A DNA stretch of 64,000 nt, taken from positions 736,001 through 800,000 of the forward strand of contig CP067995.1 in the NCBI GenBank assembly GCA_045159875.1. Direction: 5' to 3'. This DNA is from a cyanobacterium endosymbiont of Rhopalodia gibba (lineage in GTDB: Bacteria; Cyanobacteriota; Cyanobacteriia; Cyanobacteriales; Microcystaceae). A program made the position numbers and the translations under genes. Under the pieces are notes generated by a model. It was not told the DNA's origin. It did no database searches and saw nothing but the letters and a program-made list of their open reading frames with translations. Below, one piece after another: positions 34,612 to 47,404 of this stretch. Within the stretch, counting starts at the first letter, position 1. Every line of letters starts with the position of its first letter.

Positions 34612-34779
34612 AAATGGTAGGCGAGGGAAATTCAGCTGTAATAGTTGTTTATATCAAAAAAAACACCAGCTAACAATGTAGACATTAGTGTTCTGTGTGT
34701 CTCGTGTTATCTTTTCAAGATAAACTACGTTTAGATTGAAAGGGTGTCGTAGGTCCCAGAGTCAATGTTATGTGTGGAC

Positions 34780-37450
34780 CCAAGCTTTATCGGGCTAAGC
34801 TCAATAATTGCCCTATAAAAAAATTGATTGACCTATGCTAAATTTCAAGAATGTCGTAAAAAGATATCAATCTGGGTGAACATAATTTTTGTTTAGTACC
34901 GGACAGATATCATTTCATGCTTTGAAAGAAGTCTTTTAAACATACGCTACACGCAACAAAATCATTCCCAACGCGCCTAAAATAGGCAAAAGTACGATGA
35001 ATAGGATATAGGATAATAGTAAAGTCAAAGTAACCTTCATACTGAGCAACTAACGTCAAAAATACCGTTGTAACAGTAAAGTTAAAAACGATAGTAGCCA
35101 CTCCTCCAGAGGTTTTCTCCTCAACGTCGGTAATTTGTCCATTCATAACTAAAGCTAAGCTGTAGGGTTGCGTTGACTACTGCTTCCATCGCTTGGATAA
35201 TTTGACCGGAACTATACCCAAGAAAAAGATTCAAAACTAATTTAATGGCAGGATAAGTCTTGTATTGGTTAATAATTGGGGTATAGGTAGTTAAAGTTGG
35301 GGTGACAATGTCGCTTTATTGAACCGTTTCACCATCACGCGATTACAAAATGTCCAATGTTTTGAAAGTTTGTCCGTACATCTGCTTAAGCTTTGGCATA
35401 AACCCAATAGAGACAATTTTTATACACAAATTGATTGACCAAATGTGGCTAGATAAATATTTGAATAGTTTGCAAGATTTATTTAATAGCTATATTCTGC
35501 GCCTTGATTTTTTTTCGATTAATATTTATGGTAATCAAGCTACTATCAATAGTAAACAAGATAAAAGTAAATACAATTTTTAGTTATTTATTAGCTGTAG
35601 TTATCACAACTTTAATATGACTAATTAAGGCTAACATTTCTTATAGCTGATTATCTTAAATAGAGATTTCTAAGCCATTAGATTTACTCAAGCCATCTAC
35701 TGAGAAGATATTAACTACTAACGTATATGTATCTGTCATCTTTTCTTTTTGTATAGATTTTATTTAGATCTTTCGTAATACTCAAAACTTGACTTTTCGC
35801 TCTAGGACAGTTTTCCTAAGATTACGACTTGACATAGTGATTAGGTTTATTGGTATTTTTCCCTTCAAAATAAAATCCGTATGATCAGTATTAGGAATAA
35901 TTATGAATAATTTTTGTTGTTTGTTAATCAATTTGATCAGTGTAGTTGAGAGAGACTTCTAGGAAAGCTTATAGAATTTAAAAGAAATACTCCTGGTCTT
36001 CAGCTCAAATAAATCCTGATAGCAGGGTTTAGTACATCTATGCCCTGGCAATTGACTCTGTGGGAAACAAGGCCATAACTACAATACAAATATTAGGTTA
36101 AAAAATTGGTAAAGTAACGATAGCTTTTTCTGATTATTTTTCTAATTAGATCAAATACTTAGTTTTTTTAAAAAACATCGCCAATGGACCATGTTTATCT
36201 TCGAAAGCGTTCAGCAAGATGGCTTACATAATAGGGACAAAGCGTTAAACGGCGAAAAAGACACTGCAAAGATAATTGTCATGCTAGACCAACGGTAAAC
36301 TACTTCTGTTATCCTAGAAAAAAAAGTCACAGGGATAAAAACTACCATCAATACTGCCAAGGTGAAAATAGTCGCCTCAAATAATTTATCTATAGGAGTC
36401 TATCACTGCTTACATAGGACGTATTCTTTAGAACAATTTATTAGGAACTGCTTCCACACTTGGTATCTCGTCGTTTATCACCAATCCTTTTTCTAAAACA
36501 CAGACAAATCAACTTAACTGGTTAAGGGTATAGCTAAAAGTATTTAAAACGATCATCGCCCCGACTAACACGACTAAAATAACAGTCCCGGAAATGACGG
36601 TTATCTGACAATCCTGTAGGAAAACCAATATAACTAGGATTATTAGGATAATTGCTTGCAAAAAAGTAATAAGTAAATTTTTAATCGAAGTATTAACAAA
36701 CAACCTATTATTAAGACCAATAATAACTTTTAACCCAAGGAGAAAACTCGGTTCCGATTTCCTAATTCTTGTTTTAGCAGCTTATGCAGTTCCTAGAGTG
36801 TTAGTTCCAGGTAACTGATAAATAAAGCAATTCCAGAGTTGCCATCCACATTAACCAATGTATCGTAGTTTTCTATTCCTAGTTCAGCTCATCTCACATC
36901 TTTAGCGTCTTATTTCCCTTAAAGAAATTTCGAAATGTGGATTAGAATGTCATTTTCTCCCACCTTCACTATCATATTTTTGGTTTTCGCTACAATTGTA
37001 AATTGTTGCTTGGATGGATATATATAGTTGTTCTCCAATTCTTTCTATGGCGGTATCAGAATTTTATCCATCGACAACATCAATTGTAGTTGGTCCTCTA
37101 GCAACTAATTCACCAGGATGAAGTTGAATTCGTATGACATATTTAGTTTCTCCAAGCAGACTAACAAAATCTCCCCCTGACAAATCTTTCATTTCATTCT
37201 AGATGGTAGTGATAGTGATCTATTGAGTTATAAAGAAAGGTTTTATCCTAGAGATATTCTCCGTTTGCCCCTTTGTCGGAGTGGAAAACATAAATCAGGG
37301 CAATACTCAGAGACTGTCTATCTATTATTGTAACCTCTGCTTGGCTCATTACAGAAGGTAAATTCAACACTCCCTGCAAGACTTTCTTCTGCACTAATAC
37401 TTGAGAGGTATTTAGGTCTATCTCTGTCGGAAAAATTACATTCTAGATAT
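34780..37450 (-). pseudogene. RND (AcrB-family) efflux permease pseudogene
   Basis: Fragments in correct order: FLQAIILIILVILVFLQD...LNQL, GFI*AEDQEYF, GYSSGQIIQAMEAV...SYEWT and VFLTLVAQYEGYFD. Ends are approximate. Confidence 0.88.
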
Positions 37451-37539
37451 TACTCGGTGTAAGAATTAATTCATCTCACTTGTTCGGTTTTGTTGATTTT
37501 CCGTCCAGGCACGATCATAAAATTACTTTCTATGGTTTT

Positions 37540-37830
37540 GGTATCTGCACCAATGTAATTTAGAGAGAATTTATATCTACTTTTTCTTCGGAGTTTTATT
37601 GGTTTTTATATACAAAAGTTTTTTTGACCTTTTTTCCTTGTCAATTTTAAAAAGAGCTATGACAAGTCGTCTGGTCTATTTTAATTTCACAATTTTAAAA
37701 ACATTGGGTTGTGGAGATATCACTCCGACTAATTCCTTTTCTAGGACTTTAACCAATGTTGAAGTATTAGTTGGGATAAATATGTCCTGCTGTTGTTATT
37801 ACTAAATTAGTTGGCTTTTATCAAGTTGGT
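37540..37830 (+). pseudogene. potassium-channel family (Ion_trans_2) remnant
   Basis: LVYFNFTILKTLGCGDITPTNSFSRTLTNVEVLVG resembles YFSFVTLTTLGYGDITP; fragmentary. Confidence 0.7.
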
Positions 37831-37988
37831 TAATAAATAGTTTATCAGAAATATCGGGCAAAGATTCTGTCTGAGAATACCATCATAAGCACTTATATTC
37901 TTTAGATTCTGATGAAGTCTCGACCAATTAATAAAGCACGTAGTACTGTACATTGGTTTAACTTTTTTTACAAAACAAATAATTATAA

Positions 37989-38061
37989 CGGGTGTGACAG
38001 GACTCGAACCTGTAACCTACGACTTAGAAGGTCGGTGCTCTATCCATTGAGCTACACACCC
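37989..38061 (-). tRNA. tRNA-Arg(TCT)
   Basis: Cloverleaf GGGTGTGTAGCTCAATGGATAGAGC...CT-TCT-AA...GGTTCGAGTCC...CACACCCG. Confidence 0.97.
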
Positions 38062-38189
38062 ATGAAGTTTATTATAACCGCCTAATAATTGTATACCTTC
38101 TGTTACTGATAACGCCAACTCTAAAAGTCATTAATTTTAAAACTCAGAGTTTTATGATATATTCCCCCACAATATTCTTTAGTTTAGGA

Positions 38190-38867
38190 TTAAAAGTCAA
38201 ATTCATTTAGCCTCTTCTGTAACATTTGCGGAAATTTGGCATAATATTTCTGATTTAGAGGAGATGGATGGGGTAAAGGGAGTAAAGTTACTTGTCGTCG
38301 GTGTTGCATACCCAAAGTATCAATCGCGCGGAGAGTGACAGGCAATTTATTTTCATAGCGATCACTCCGTTGGAAAAATTCATTGACTTCCCCTTTATCT
38401 CCATAGGGAATAAACCACTTAAACGCCTCGGTTCCTAAGGTAATAATTTGATTTCCTTGCCAGTGAATGACTAATAATTTTTCGATAAAGGGACGGAAAC
38501 GATTTTTAACTTCAGTAATATAAGCTTTATTGTCAGGAGGTTTATAGGGGACAGTATTGGTGAGAAGAACTCGAGTACAGACGTTTTGCAACTCCTGTTG
38601 AGTTTTCGCTTGTTGATGATGCATCGCCGAGTAAAACCCTTGACGAACTAAGGTGCCTGCGGCACCAATTAAAGGTTGTCCCATATGAACTTCATCTCGT
38701 CCAAGATCTCGTCCAAAAAAACAGATCTGACTTTTGAGGTTTCCTGCATACAAAATAGGTCGAGTGGGATCTTTATCAGCCGCTTTATAAACAGTGGTAT
38801 CAATGGGAAACGGTTTTCGTTTAGCTTCTTGATGAATTTGAACGATCAAGGTTTCAATATCTGACAT
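38190..38867 (-). CDS. uracil-DNA glycosylase family protein
   Basis: GRDLGRDE...GQPLIGAAG, LTNTVPYKP, IITLG and LPHPSP motifs. Confidence 0.88.
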   Translation of the reverse strand: MSDIETLIVQIHQEAKRKPFPIDTTVYKAADKDPTRPILYAGNLKSQICFFGRDLGRDEVHMGQPLIGAAGTLVRQGFYSAMHHQQAKTQQELQNVCTRVLLTNTVPYKPPDNKAYITEVKNRFRPFIEKLLVIHWQGNQIITLGTEAFKWFIPYGDKGEVNEFFQRSDRYENKLPVTLRAIDTLGMQHRRQVTLLPLPHPSPLNQKYYAKFPQMLQKRLNEFDF

Positions 38868-39640
38868 TAATTCATTTAATCTGTGGTTACAGCAATCAGT
38901 ACGATAGCATTATTTGTGACCAGTAAACTTTGCTACTAAAGTAGATAAATCTAAATAAATGTTAAGAAAGTAACTTATTTTGAGTTTTTATATTCAAGTA
39001 ATTACAGTGTTTTAATTTAATTACAATTAACCTGTTTGGGAACTATTGATATCTATTTGATAGATATTTTATTTGACTGTTTGTACTAAGTTGTATTTAT
39101 CTTAAAATATTTTTACAAAAACTTGCTATTACTTTACTTCTACTTTTTAGGTGGGAACAAAAAAATAGCAAAAAATATAAATATAACTCTTTTCATTTTC
39201 GTTAATTTAGTTAATCTCTAATTAAATTATCTGTAACCACTAAATTATGATGAATACTAATGTTAGCTGTTATGAAAAGTTTTTTAGTGGTTTAAGCATA
39301 AAAAAGACAAGTTGCTATCGGATTTATTACTTCTATAAATAAAATCATCCCTATCTCATTTAAAATCTGATAATGGGCCATAGTAAATGCTTTGAAAGTT
39401 GGAATACCACTGATTAAACTGAGTTGAGCATTTGATACGATCAGTATCAATCAAGTGAGAATTATGAGTCTAACATAATTTAGTTTAAATGGAAAACTTG
39501 CTACTATTCTATTTATAGAACAAATATAGCCTTTGATAAGCTTATGATCTATAATCATACTCTGTACTTTATGTGTTTAATTTGTACATAATAGGTTCGA
39601 TAGAGCTAAATTTTACCTAATACCTTTCCATGGAATTTAA

Positions 39641-40318
39641 CTAGTAAATGGACTGAACTTGTCCTCCTTTTAATGTTAGAATACCCTGGGCAAACTGTTT
39701 AACACATTTCTTTTGATGATTCACCATAATTATAGTAGTTTTCTCTGTTTTATTCGAATTAATTAAAGTTTCTATTAATTGCTGAGCACGATCACTATCT
39801 AAAGCTGAGGTGGGCTCATCTAATAATAAAAGTTTAGGTTTCATCATTAACCCCCGCATAATACTTACTAATTGTCGCTGTCCTAAAGATAATTGTAATT
39901 CATTTCGAGTTAACCAATCATCAGGGATGGAAAGTTGTGATTGCCATGTATCAATTGCCTGTTCAATCTCTAATTTAGATAACTGTTGCAATACTAAAGG
40001 ATAAGCAAGGGTTTCTTCGACAGTCATCCCTAATAATTTTGGCTCTTGGGGAACTAGAACAATTTGTTGACGGAGTTTAACAATAGAAAGATTACAGAGA
40101 GGTTCAGAATCCCATTCAATTAACCCTGATGTAGGGTCTTGTAAACGGTTAATTAGCCGTAATAGAGTAGTTTTTCCCGCACCAGAAGGACCGACAATTG
40201 CTAAGCGATCACTCTGATTTACTTGAAAAGAAATATTAGTTAATAACTTATTTTCTTTCCTAAAATCAGTTAAACTAACCTCGGATAATTTTAATAATGG
40301 ATTTGATTTATAGTTCAT
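39641..40318 (-). CDS. ABC transporter ATP-binding protein (no adjacent permease)
   Basis: GPSGAGKT, LSLGQRQ and LLDEPTSALD motifs. Confidence 0.88.
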   Translation of the reverse strand: MNYKSNPLLKLSEVSLTDFRKENKLLTNISFQVNQSDRLAIVGPSGAGKTTLLRLINRLQDPTSGLIEWDSEPLCNLSIVKLRQQIVLVPQEPKLLGMTVEETLAYPLVLQQLSKLEIEQAIDTWQSQLSIPDDWLTRNELQLSLGQRQLVSIMRGLMMKPKLLLLDEPTSALDSDRAQQLIETLINSNKTEKTTIIMVNHQKKCVKQFAQGILTLKGGQVQSIY

Positions 40319-40364
40319 AACTTATTAAATGTAGAAGTTATTTAATTGGGGTAGTTATTTATTT

Positions 40365-40996
40365 TTTACTTATCTATCTTGAATCATTCCAGAAACACTT
40401 TTCACAAAGACTAATATTGCTTGGGAAGTTACAATAATATCCCGTTCTTCTCTTCCTAAATATAACCGACCAAAACTCACTATAGCCGAAACCTAAAAAA
40501 TATTAATTAAAGCGGCTTTTTCTGCCTCATTAGCTGCTAAAGACGCAGAATTAGTTGGTTTGACTTCTAAAATATAAAGAGTTTGTCTGGCTAATAACAT
40601 ATTTTACCCGTCGGTTACGATTGACTAATTGTGCTTAATATCAATCGATGTTACGAATAATTTAACTGGAAACGACCTTATATTTCAAACAATCGTATCG
40701 ATTAACGCCTAAAGTATCTAAAATTGTTTTTTTATAGCTTTTACCTCTCCTTGATTAGTGGAATAAATTTCGAGAAGTCCATAAAGATGTTCGAAAAATT
40801 GCACTTCAGGATTAACTACAGCAGACTTAAAAGCGACATCTGTAACGCGGTTAATTTCAATTCCTGGAGGGATTAAAATCCATAGTGAAGCATCCCTAAG
40901 GAAAAGTGAAAACCTAACGCTACCGCACCAATGTAGGCGGCGTATTGAAGTTGTAATCGGTCTAAATAAACATAGCTGCGTAATTCGACTCTCAAA
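40365..40996 (-). pseudogene. ccmP: carboxysome BMC-T shell protein CcmP pseudogene
   Basis: Minus strand ELRSYV / [19 protein letters not shown]...[44 protein letters not shown]...QGEVK and [13 protein letters not shown]; frameshifts and stops. Confidence 0.9.
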
Positions 40997-41264
40997 GTGA
41001 GATTATTCAATGTTTTTTATTAATCTTTATAAAGACACCTCAAATAAATTAACATAAGACTAGTAAAATAAGGAGATTACAGATTTTACATAATAAATTA
41101 TTTTGCTTTTCTAGATTGAAATAGTTGTAGTCCTCTAAGTTAAATCGCTATTTAATTTTAATTAGAAGTAAAATACTTATATCAATAATATAAATTTTTA
41201 TGTTGATAATTCTTGGAATTTTCTTGATTTTCTCTGTTGGTTAACCAAGTAAAGCTCAAAAAAA

Positions 41265-41320
41265 AAGTTTGTAAAATGTGTTCACTTTATCTTAATAAAG
41301 TGAACACATTTTACAAACTT
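41265..41320. repeat. inverted repeat, perfect 26-bp arms
   Basis: AAGTTTGTAAAATGTGTTCACTTTAT-CTTA-ATAAAGTGAACACATTTTACAAACTT. Confidence 0.97.
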
Positions 41321-42413
41321 AAATTAGTTGTTAATTTGCTCAATAAATCAGCATCAATATAAGAAATATTAGGCGCGCTTTTATTAAGTCATATGATGGT
41401 CTATATAACCCCAAAGTTTCTTGGAAAACTTGGTCAAACACTACAGATTATTTTAAAAAAAAATCTGTAAAAATAGTTAATCATTAACAATTAGACTTTT
41501 TTATAAACAAGATATCGGACTTTTTTTGTGTCAGGTTAATTAGGAAATAATTAATAATTGATAAAACAATTTATCTGAGTCTATCAACTAGAGAATTTTC
41601 ATCAATCTTAAATTGATTTTAAAAATACTATCAACATAGTATACTATTAGGTTTTTTTAAAATTGATATTATTTAATATAATCATTGCAAAAATTAGAAA
41701 ACTTACTAATATCCTTGTCGTAGTTACGATGCTAACTGTATCCAAATTACAAACATAAATAGTAATTAAATTGTAAATAAAAACCCGTAACAGACTAAAT
41801 TTTTCTGTGTTTATTGAATGGTTATAGTTAGTTTAATAAAAATTAACATCATGATACTTGTCTAAAGCTAGGTATTTATCCCCCATCCATTTTATTAGAA
41901 AGTATTCACTACAAATGCAACATTAATAATTGTAGTAATATTCATTGATCGAAGATAAACACCAATAAAAAAAATTACCAACTATTATTATTTTGAGGAA
42001 ATAATTTTCAGAATAGTCTTCAACTCAAAATTAAGCTAAATTATGGGAATTATAATGGTAAAAATTGCTAAAACTTCATCGAAAGAAAAGTCCCCATACA
42101 GTTTGAGCTACACTACTAATGGCTAAACTGTAAACCATCTTACTTAGATAGGAATGTTCTCTATATGATGGGTAAAACTTGATAAATAGCAAAATCAATT
42201 AAACCCAGATAAATCAATCCCTCTATCAAAATTTATAACTCGCGTTATAAATCAAGACCTCTCTCAAAAAAAGTTTTATAGATCTCCTCCATGGTCATAT
42301 CATTAACTGAAGCGACATTTACTACACAATAAGTACCAAAAGCGACAATATTAGCAGTAATGCCAACTCATGATCTGACTAAGTCTAGCTTAATTTTCTT
42401 GATTTTTAAGTAT

Positions 42414-42653
42414 TTAGCTCTTAGGATGGCTTCTCGCGTAATAATTCGATGCTACCACTTCAAGCACTTGCCCCGATTTAAATAAAGGAAAAATGCAGTT
42501 GACTCTATTTTCCCAAACTTTATGGGCAATTTCGTAATCAGGACAACTAATGCGATACGTGGAATCAGAGATCACGGAAAAAGAGCAGCCATAAGGGAGA
42601 ATAAAAGACAGAAGCAACTTAAGAGTATTTTGATGTAACTGAGAATAGATCAT
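42414..42653 (-). CDS. small hypothetical protein
   Basis: Clean 79-aa ATG ORF with higher GC than its decayed flanks. Confidence 0.65.
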   Translation of the reverse strand: MIYSQLHQNTLKLLLSFILPYGCSFSVISDSTYRISCPDYEIAHKVWENRVNCIFPLFKSGQVLEVVASNYYARSHPKS

Positions 42654-43383
42654 ATAACTTTATAGTTTGTTTTCCTGGCCCTTTTAGACTAAGTATGATC
42701 AATCAGCCGCCAATAACTTCCTAAACCATCATTCTAACTGCATTCTGTAATCCTAAAAATTTGATTTTTCCAAAGACCAAGTTTTTAGAATTTTAGAAAT
42801 CTTACAAAGTACAGAATAAGAATTTTGGCTTGTGTTTGTTATAGCTGTTGTCACAGCTAGTCTGGAAGAGTTATTTTTAAAAACTCCTGCTCGATTCTAT
42901 CAGGTATGTCGTTCCCAATTATCTATCTTTTTATTGAGATATATTAACTTTTCTGTAAGTTAGTTGTTGACAGATTACGTAGGATATACACGTCCAGAAT
43001 AGATAAAGTATTTTTGCTATGACACTAGACAGACTCAAAGTTCGTTTCCTCTAACTACTCTAGTGCCTGGTGGTAACATTTAATAACCCAATGAATCGAA
43101 CGAGCTATTTATAGATTTTTAATCAACTAACATTATTTTTTTAAATTAAAACCTACCTATATTTAAGCTATTTTTAGCATAAATAATAAATACTGTACTC
43201 TTAATATGAGAATTTAGTTATGAAATTTTCAAAAATTATGGAGAAGTTATACTTAGTTATTAATTTATTATCAAGAGTTTTGATAGTTATTTCTTATCTC
43301 AATAATTATTTTTGTTTTAGACAGCTCATATTCAAGTTTTATGGACATAGCCAGACTTACATAGAATTGACCTGTAAGTCTGG

Positions 43384-44031
43384 CTATGTAAGGTTTTCAT
43401 GTTGACTTAACCAAATGATTGCTTCTTTAATCCACTCCTCGCCATTATTATTTTTTGACATTTGATTATTTTTACTCAGAGTAGAAACAGCTTGATCAAT
43501 TTCTTTATTAGTATAACCTAATGCTAATAAAGTCATTTCTAAATCTTCTAGCACCTCTAAGGACGGAATTGCAACAGTAGAAGATAAGGTTATCCCTAAT
43601 AGTTTTTGCCATTGAGAGAGTTTAGTTTTGAGTTCTAAGATGATCCGTTCGGCAGTTTTCTGTCCAACTCCTGGTGTTTTAGATAGAGTCCGAGTGTTAC
43701 CATTAATAATTGCTTGTACTAATTTTTCTAATCCTAAGGTGTCAATTAAGGCGATTGCTAATTGTGCACCAATTCCATTAACATTGATTAGTTGACGGAA
43801 TAATTCTCGTTCAGCCACAGTAGCAAAACCATATAAAATAGGGTAATCATCCTTGATTTGTAGATGGGTAAAAACTAGAATATTTTCTAGTTTGTTGTGA
43901 ACTAATTTTTGGGAAAATTGTGATGAAATTTGTATTTCATAGCCCATATGATTAACTTCTAAGATCAGAAGAGTCTTATTGGGGATAGTATTAATTACTT
44001 CGACTAGATTACCTTTAAGATAACTTAACAC
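43384..44031 (-). CDS. ruvA: Holliday junction branch migration protein RuvA
   Basis: LYGF...ERELFRQLINVNGIG, PGVGQKTAERIILELK and LLALGY motifs; GTG start. Confidence 0.97.
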   Translation of the reverse strand: MLSYLKGNLVEVINTIPNKTLLILEVNHMGYEIQISSQFSQKLVHNKLENILVFTHLQIKDDYPILYGFATVAERELFRQLINVNGIGAQLAIALIDTLGLEKLVQAIINGNTRTLSKTPGVGQKTAERIILELKTKLSQWQKLLGITLSSTVAIPSLEVLEDLEMTLLALGYTNKEIDQAVSTLSKNNQMSKNNNGEEWIKEAIIWLSQHENLT

Positions 44032-45050
44032 AGTTTATTATTAATGACTGAGGTATTAATAAATAATTTTAATTTACTTTGTCTGATCTGTTTATTTAAA
44101 TTTTAAAACAGTCAAAATAGTAAGATTTTTCTAAAACAAAATTCACATAACGACCTTAAGTAAGATTATCAAAAATTATTTAATTACATTAATGTCGTTC
44201 ACACAATTATATTTTAGCATTGCAAGAATGATACCATATTTTTTCTTAAAAAAGATAATATTTTTATCATAATTGCTAAAATAAGAGTTTGCTTGAGATC
44301 AATTTATCATCTATTATACAGATATCGAATGACTAATCCTTTATCTTTATTAATTGGTAAAATCCAAAAGGATAAATAGAATTATCGATAATTTTAGTAT
44401 GTGTGACATTATCGTATTAATGCTAATTAAAGGTGAAAAATTACTACTGTTAGAGCTGTTTTAGCAAAAAAATAACTAATTTATAAATGACTTTGTTCAG
44501 ATTCTAGTTGTAACAGTAGATCTTTAAAATAAATGGTGTTCGTACAAACTTTTTCCGATGATAATCCTATCTTAGAAAATTTACCTAGTAAATATCAACT
44601 TCCTCTTTGGAGAAAGTCAAATAGATGTGAGTTTCTCCAGAAGCAATTAAAGTATCAGGCAATTATAGAGATTTTTTCGGAGATTATAGTATCAATGAAG
44701 TGATTTCTCTGTTGGATAAACAATTGTAGTGTCGTAGACAATTCAATGTTGATTTGAATGTTCATTAAAAATAACTAAAAAATCATTATTTTCTAAATTA
44801 CTTTACTTGTAAAGCTAGAAAATTACCTTTTAACAATTTGGCAATTATTAGTTTATATGAGAAGTGTAGATATTATTTTACCTATTGAATTAACTCGAAA
44901 TAGATGAGAGAAACTTCTAACAGTTCGAGAGTTTTTACAGATAGCGGTATAAATTTTAAAATCGAGAATTTATTAGAAATTAATTCTTCTCAAATAAGCG
45001 TAATGATTAAATTATTCATTATTAATATTTAGTATTAATCATGGATGTTG

Positions 45051-45089
45051 TTAAATCAAGGTAAATTTGAAAAATTTACCTTGATTTAA
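45051..45089. repeat. inverted repeat, perfect 18-bp arms
   Basis: TTAAATCAAGGTAAATTT-GAA-AAATTTACCTTGATTTAA. Confidence 0.92.
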
Positions 45090-45472
45090 GTAGTATATGA
45101 CTTTCTAGTTAGTATTGTTTACTATTATATTTCTTATTTACTAAAGCCTTATAGAGGAGTTACATCTTAATAAATTATATTAAGTATATGTCGTCTAGGA
45201 TAAATAAAACAATCACTATTTATTGGACAAACTAAAAATTAATTACACACAAACAAGATCGTTAAAAAATTAATATATTCACTTTTATAAACTCTTTTAA
45301 ATAAACAATTTTTCCATTTTTTTTATAAAATTTTGACTAAAAAATAGCATATTTTGTAAATTCAAACTTATCAATTTATAGGGTTTCTTTTTTTAAAAAA
45401 TCCTAGTCACGAACTAAATTTTTAAATATCTCGGAAAATAATTATGGATTAAATATTGAGATCCGACGACAA

Positions 45473-45523
45473 AATATCTAATATAGAAATATAAGTATCG
45501 TATATATTTCTATATTAGATATT
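45473..45523. repeat. inverted repeat, perfect 21-bp arms
   Basis: AATATCTAATATAGAAATATA-N9-TATATTTCTATATTAGATATT. Confidence 0.92.
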
Positions 45524-45692
45524 GGCTTGTAAAAATTACGATGACTATCTGTCATCTTTTCTCTATTCATTAATTTTTTACTCTTTATTCTTATCGATAA
45601 GTTTACATTTTAGATAGTCCATATTTGATAAATTTAGCTAGGAAATATGTGACTTATAGAAGCTATGTATCATACTAATTCTCTAATTTTTT

Positions 45693-46466
45693 TTATTTGT
45701 GAATTAACCGATTAGCGGTTCGTAAAATTTGTCCAGCTAAAATCGCAGCCCCAAAGCCATTATCAATATTCACTACCCCAATCCCTGCTGCACAAGAATT
45801 AAGCATTGTCAATAATGGGGAAACTCCCCCAAAATTTACCCCATAACCTACACTAGTTGGAACTCCAATTACTGGACAGTTAACCATTCCGGCTACCACG
45901 CTAGGTAAAGTCCCTTCCATCCCTGCCACCACAATCAACACATCTGCTTGGTTGATCAACTCACGGTGACTTAATAGACGATGAATACCTGCTATTCCCA
46001 CATCCCACAACCGTTGTACCTCAAGCCCGCAAAGTTGTGCAGTAATGGCAGTCTCTTCAGCTACGGGTAAATCCGCTGTTCCCGCTGTAAGAACCCCAAC
46101 TACTCCCAATCCGATCGAGGGGATTTCGGAGGTTTTTAAGGCACAAATACGAGCTACTGGATAGTAAATTAAATTAGGTACTTGGTCTTCAAGTTGTGCG
46201 GCCACCGTTGCTTCAATACGAGTTGCCATAACCACAGGAGAATGACATGCCATCGTGAGCATAATTTGAGCAATTTGTTCAGGGGTTTTTCCTGGACCCC
46301 AAATAACTTCAGGAAACCCTGTTCTTAAATAACGATGATGATCAATTTTTGCAAACTCATCAACCGATTCAAAACTGAAATATTTTAGCTTTTCTAACCC
46401 TTGATTAGGACTAACTTCTCCCGTGGCGATCGCTTGCAAAAGAGACCGAAGTGCATCTGGATTCAT
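45693..46466 (-). CDS. larB: LarB/CpmA family (PurE-like) protein
   Basis: DHHRYLRTGFPEVIWG, AGTADLPVAEE, AGMEGTLPSVV and VNIDNGFGA motifs. Confidence 0.92.
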   Translation of the reverse strand: MNPDALRSLLQAIATGEVSPNQGLEKLKYFSFESVDEFAKIDHHRYLRTGFPEVIWGPGKTPEQIAQIMLTMACHSPVVMATRIEATVAAQLEDQVPNLIYYPVARICALKTSEIPSIGLGVVGVLTAGTADLPVAEETAITAQLCGLEVQRLWDVGIAGIHRLLSHRELINQADVLIVVAGMEGTLPSVVAGMVNCPVIGVPTSVGYGVNFGGVSPLLTMLNSCAAGIGVVNIDNGFGAAILAGQILRTANRLIHK

Positions 46467-46792
46467 GGTCTTAAATTTTCCTTGAATTATTAACTATTTC
46501 AATTATTGAATACGATTCATAGGCTAACCAATTTTATAGACTTTTTCTACAATTACCTCCCTAGGTAAAAATCACAAAAACAACAGTATAGACTCTCATT
46601 TTAATAGAATTCTAACACTAAGTAATCATTAGAATCAGTTAATTGAGGGCTAAATCGATATCGAAGCAGTTCAGGAATGTAAAGTTCATTCAAAGGATAA
46701 TTTTTAAGCAAACTTTCTAAGTAACCACAAGAAGATCCTCTCCAGACTTTCCGAACACTAGCTTTAATAGTTTCTGATTTGGGAAAAACAAC

Positions 46793-46826
46793 AATATTCC
46801 CATACTGAAATATTCCCATACTGAAA
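46793..46826. repeat. tandem 16-bp duplication
   Basis: (AATATTCCCATACTGA)x2 within a decayed gene-like region. Confidence 0.85.
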
Positions 46827-46982
46827 AACATAGTTAGGGATATTACTTACGAACAATACCCTAACTCGTAAAGTTGGTTTCATAAATTCACCAAATTCTC
46901 AAATTGTTGATTAATCCATTGGCATACTTGAATGTTGTACCTTTAGTGAGAGATCAACCAGAAAAATATTGACTGAGCAAAT

Positions 46983-47024
46983 AATACAGTTGAGGGCTAT
47001 ATGCATTAGTCCCTCAACTGTATT
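46983..47024. repeat. inverted repeat, 14-bp arms
   Basis: AATACAGTTGAGGG-N14-CCCTCAACTGTATT. Confidence 0.85.
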
Positions 47025-47404
47025 CCCATTTACCACAATAATATTTCATAAGGACATCGATATTGAAATAACTTAATTTCCTAGAAACATAATCGCTCGC
47101 AGAAGATCTTCTTCATAAAACTGTCCCATATCTGAGAAAAATATCTGTAGGATTCACAGCTAAACAACTAAGGATATTTATCAATATTTAAAGCTCGAGA
47201 TACTTATAGCAGTTATTTTACTTAAGAAATACACTAAGTTTTAGTAGTAGCCAGAAGGCAAGAGTAATAAGTCAGAGGGCATTTCCTAAACCCAAGAAAA
47301 ACTATGTATTCAGTTTCTACTAAAAAAAAATAATTGTTCTTAATTTTCAACATCTAACTTAGAAATATTTGAGATGATAACTTATGCATAACTTACGACA
47401 AAAG

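Noticed and set aside
46601..47200. 76-aa ORF as a functional gene
   Set aside because: Probably a pseudogene tail, since its N-terminus includes a tandem duplication. Family not identifiable.
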